A DNA stretch of 32,000 bases from contig CP010424.1 in NCBI GenBank assembly GCA_000830275.1, positions 60,001 through 92,000 on the forward strand. Direction: 5' to 3'. Position numbers and translations under genes: made by a program. Positions 30,801 to 32,000 of the stretch are shown here, piece after piece (within the stretch, counting starts at the first letter, position 1; every line of letters begins with the position of its first letter). A model generated the notes under the pieces. That model worked only from the letters and a program-made list of their open reading frames with translations. It searched no databases and was not told where the DNA came from. The stretch is from an archaeon GW2011_AR10 (lineage in GTDB: Archaea > Iainarchaeota > Iainarchaeia > Iainarchaeales > GW2011-AR10).

Positions 30801-32000
30801 TGTGGTCTGCAGTCAGATTTACTTCATAGCCTGCCTGTGTTTCAAGCCTGTAAACAGGTTTTTCTCCTGTTTCAAATGAACCCTTGGTTATTCCAATTGA
30901 AAGACCGTCAAGGTTTGTTACAAGCTCTGTTTCTTTGTTTACCAAGCTGTCAATTCTTTTCCAGCCGGATGAAGTTAAAACAAGTGTATCGCCTGTAACG
31001 CATGGATTTGTTGCATTGATTTTTCCGTCTGCAGGGCAGGTGTGCCATTCATTAATTGTTGTATCATATTGGATGCCGGGGTCAGCAGAGCTCCATGCAG
31101 CGAAAGCAATCTGTTCCCATAGGGCTTGTGCCTTAAGAGTTTTCACTGCCTTTTTGTCTGTCCTGTTGGTTAGTTTCCATTCCCCCCCATTGAAAACTGC
31201 TTCCATGAAACTGTTAGGGATTCTCACCGAATTGTTTGAGTTCTGTCCTGAAACAGTCAAGTAAGCATCTGATTCATAATGGGTGTCAAATTCCTTGAAG
31301 TAAAGTTTGGCGTGGCCCTGTTCCGCCAACTGCAGTGCGCGGAAAATGTAGTTCTGCGGCACGCCAAAAGAGAGCGCCTGCTTTACCGTTTCACTTAGTT
31401 CCTTGTTTTCGCTGAGGTTGGTTCCGCCATTGTTAGCGAGCCCAATGATTCTGTTAAGGAAAGCGCTTGCAATCCTGCTTCCAGCCACAAGCGCCACAAC
31501 CTTTTTTTCTTCTTCAACTTTCCAGTTAACGAAATCCTCGATGTCCGGGTGGTCAATGTCCAGTATGACCATTTTTGCGGCTCTCCTTGTTGTTCCGCCG
31601 GACTTTACGGAGCCGGCTGCGCGGTCATAAATTTTCAGGAAAGACATTAGTCCGGAGCTTATACCGCCGCCTGAAAGAAGTTCCCCTTTTCCCCGCAAAC
31701 TTGAAAAGTTTGTGCCTGTGCCTGAACCGTACTTGAATATGCGCGCCTCTTTTGTCACTAAATCAAAAATTCCGCCTTCATTAACCAAGTCATCATTTAC
31801 TGACTGGATGAAGCACGCGTGGGGTGCTGGGTGCGTGTAAGCATCAGCTGATCTTGTTAGTTCTTTCGTGTCAGGGTCAACGTAGTAGTGGCCTTGGGGG
31901 TTTCCGGTTATGTTGTACTTTAATGCAAGCCCAGTGTTGAACCACTGAGGAGAATTTGGCGCAGCTATTTGGTGCAGAAGCATGTAAGCTATTTCGTCCT
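27862..32000 (-). CDS. nrdJ: Class II (adenosylcobalamin-dependent) ribonucleotide reductase, intein-containing; N-terminus lies off the window
   Basis: The frame stays open upstream of the listed Met to base 32000 (...[23 protein letters not shown]). Motifs are [14 protein letters not shown], active site TNP-C(intein)...[19 protein letters not shown], and a C-terminal Cys cluster CTECG...CTVCEDCG. Confidence 0.95.
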   Translation of the reverse strand, partial: DEIAYMLLHQIAAPNSPQWFNTGLALKYNITGNPQGHYYVDPDTKELTRSADAYTHPAPHACFIQSVNDDLVNEGGIFDLVTKEARIFKYGSGTGTNFSSLRGKGELLSGGGISSGLMSFLKIYDRAAGSVKSGGTTRRAAKMVILDIDHPDIEDFVNWKVEEEKKVVALVAGSRIASAFLNRIIGLANNGGTNLSENKELSETVKQALSFGVPQNYIFRALQLAEQGHAKLYFKEFDTHYESDAYLTVSGQNSNNSVRIPNSFMEAVFNGGEWKLTNRTDKKAVKTLKAQALWEQIAFAAWSSADPGIQYDTTINEWHTCPADGKINATNPCVTGDTLVLTSSGWKRIDSLVNKETELVTNLDGLSIGITKGSFETGEKPVYRLETQAGYEVNLTADHKVFTANRGFVQAAELTKDDFVCLPSHNVSEIKEPLDKIFFQLVGAYLGDGCGSRGQIQLTMDKDLEENIVKKFSDYYAKNFERKTNQNYPATMQKTKTSAKLHIMAKDAVEKISKFIDLSQKSHEKTISESIFGLSLGEQKYVLQGLFTCDGTVANYGEKSQYVALDSTSLELLKGTQVLLIGFGIKSKLYKNRRAGKSISLLPDGKGGLKEYQVRELHSLRISRSSRIKFETLIGFMPESKKFQQLKELNEQVTTYEDMPYDTIKLLEYVGVQRVFDLNEPLTNSFIANGISVHNCAEYIFLDETACNLASINLGKFLDEKAGIFNVEGFKHAVKLWTVVLEISVLMAQFPGKEMAQKSHDFRTLGLGYANLGTVLMVLGIPYDSERARAIAGAITSILCGESYATSAEMSRCLGPFQRFDANREHMLRVIRNHRRAAYDAPKNEYEGLTVKPYTINQEECPNYLLEAAQESWDRALNEGERFGLRNAQVTVIAPTGTIGLVMDCDTTGIEPDFALVKFKKLAGGGYFKIVNQSLQKALKRLGYTEQQIKEIEKYVKGHGTLKGCPAINREALKRKGFTDERVDMVEMQLENAFELKFALNKWNLGEDFCKQLGFTEEQLNSPAFDMLKALGFSRQEIEKANEYVCGTMTIEGAPHLKEEHYPLFDCANKCGKKGKRFIHHMGHIKMIASVQPFISGSISKTINMPATSSIEEIKEAYVKSWELMLKCISLYRDGSKLSQPLNSISDEANDELLALGEGDDINELIGPKEIQQKIVQRVQRRKLPFKRHGFVQEATVGGHKVFLKTGEYEDGSLGEIFIDMYKEGAAYRALLNCFAVAISKSLQYGVPLEEFVDSFTFTRFEPAGMVTGHEKIKNSTSILDYIFRALGHEYLGREDFVHVKTMDHGAEPKTVQKNPLLDAGVSFDKTETVGSEKESLLKGAKSQGYTGEQCTECGSMRVKRNGSCTVCEDCGTTSGCS
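29914..31002 (-). mobile_element. Intein (363 aa) with LAGLIDADG homing-endonuclease domain, inserted at the NrdJ active-site Cys
   Basis: Block A is CVTGDTLV (Cys codon 31000-31002) and block B is LTADHKV. The LAGLIDADG motifs are LVGAYLGDG and LQGLFTCDG. Blocks F/G are [21 protein letters not shown] (Asn codon 29914-29916), followed by the +1 Cys of CAEY. Confidence 0.9.

Overview
This is an archaeal chromosomal window. The evidence is an archaeal-type ProRS ending in Tyr, an ATP-dependent DNA ligase, a DRG/TGS GTPase, ZPR1 and Dph6-like proteins, tRNA introns with bulge-helix-bulge (BHB) splice motifs, and A-rich BRE/TATA boxes (AAACCTATTTAAA-like) about 25-30 nt upstream of starts. Housekeeping genes mixed with many small secreted or membrane hypotheticals suggest a small-genome (DPANN-like) archaeon; that is inference only. 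Confident genes: fbp (5' partial), a DUF2090/LacD-type class I aldolase, DNA ligase, two intron-containing tRNA-Pro genes, proS, GNAT, DRG GTPase, HemK/Mtq2-type methyltransferase, ZPR1, RNase HII/HIII-like, PurD-like ATP-grasp, GNMT-like SAM methyltransferase, DedA, geranylgeranyl reductase, corrinoid adenosyltransferase, and a 5' partial class II (B12) ribonucleotide reductase. The reductase is interrupted exactly at its active-site Cys by a 363-aa LAGLIDADG intein. The most unusual content is non-coding. (1) A ~91-nt twin-hairpin element occurs twice (17724-17814 and 24640-24733), with conserved AT-rich loops and fully compensatory stem substitutions. (2) A repeat-dense islet at 23.2-24.8 kb holds 2-3 tandem ~90-nt units with a variable hairpin core, and a GNMT-like methyltransferase gene bracketed by a perfect 13-bp inverted repeat plus an outer 16-17-nt direct repeat. 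(3) tRNA-Pro(UGG) carries a 170-nt intron with a textbook BHB. A 95-nt repeat that includes the tRNA T-loop and 3' end recurs behind the neighbouring tRNA-Pro(GGG). (4) Three phased ~41-nt repeats lie upstream of a PPC-like gene. (5) A 21-nt exact duplication of the proS promoter brackets a small wHTH gene. No cas genes, integrase, transposase or recognisable defence genes were seen. All functional readings of the repeats are hypotheses.
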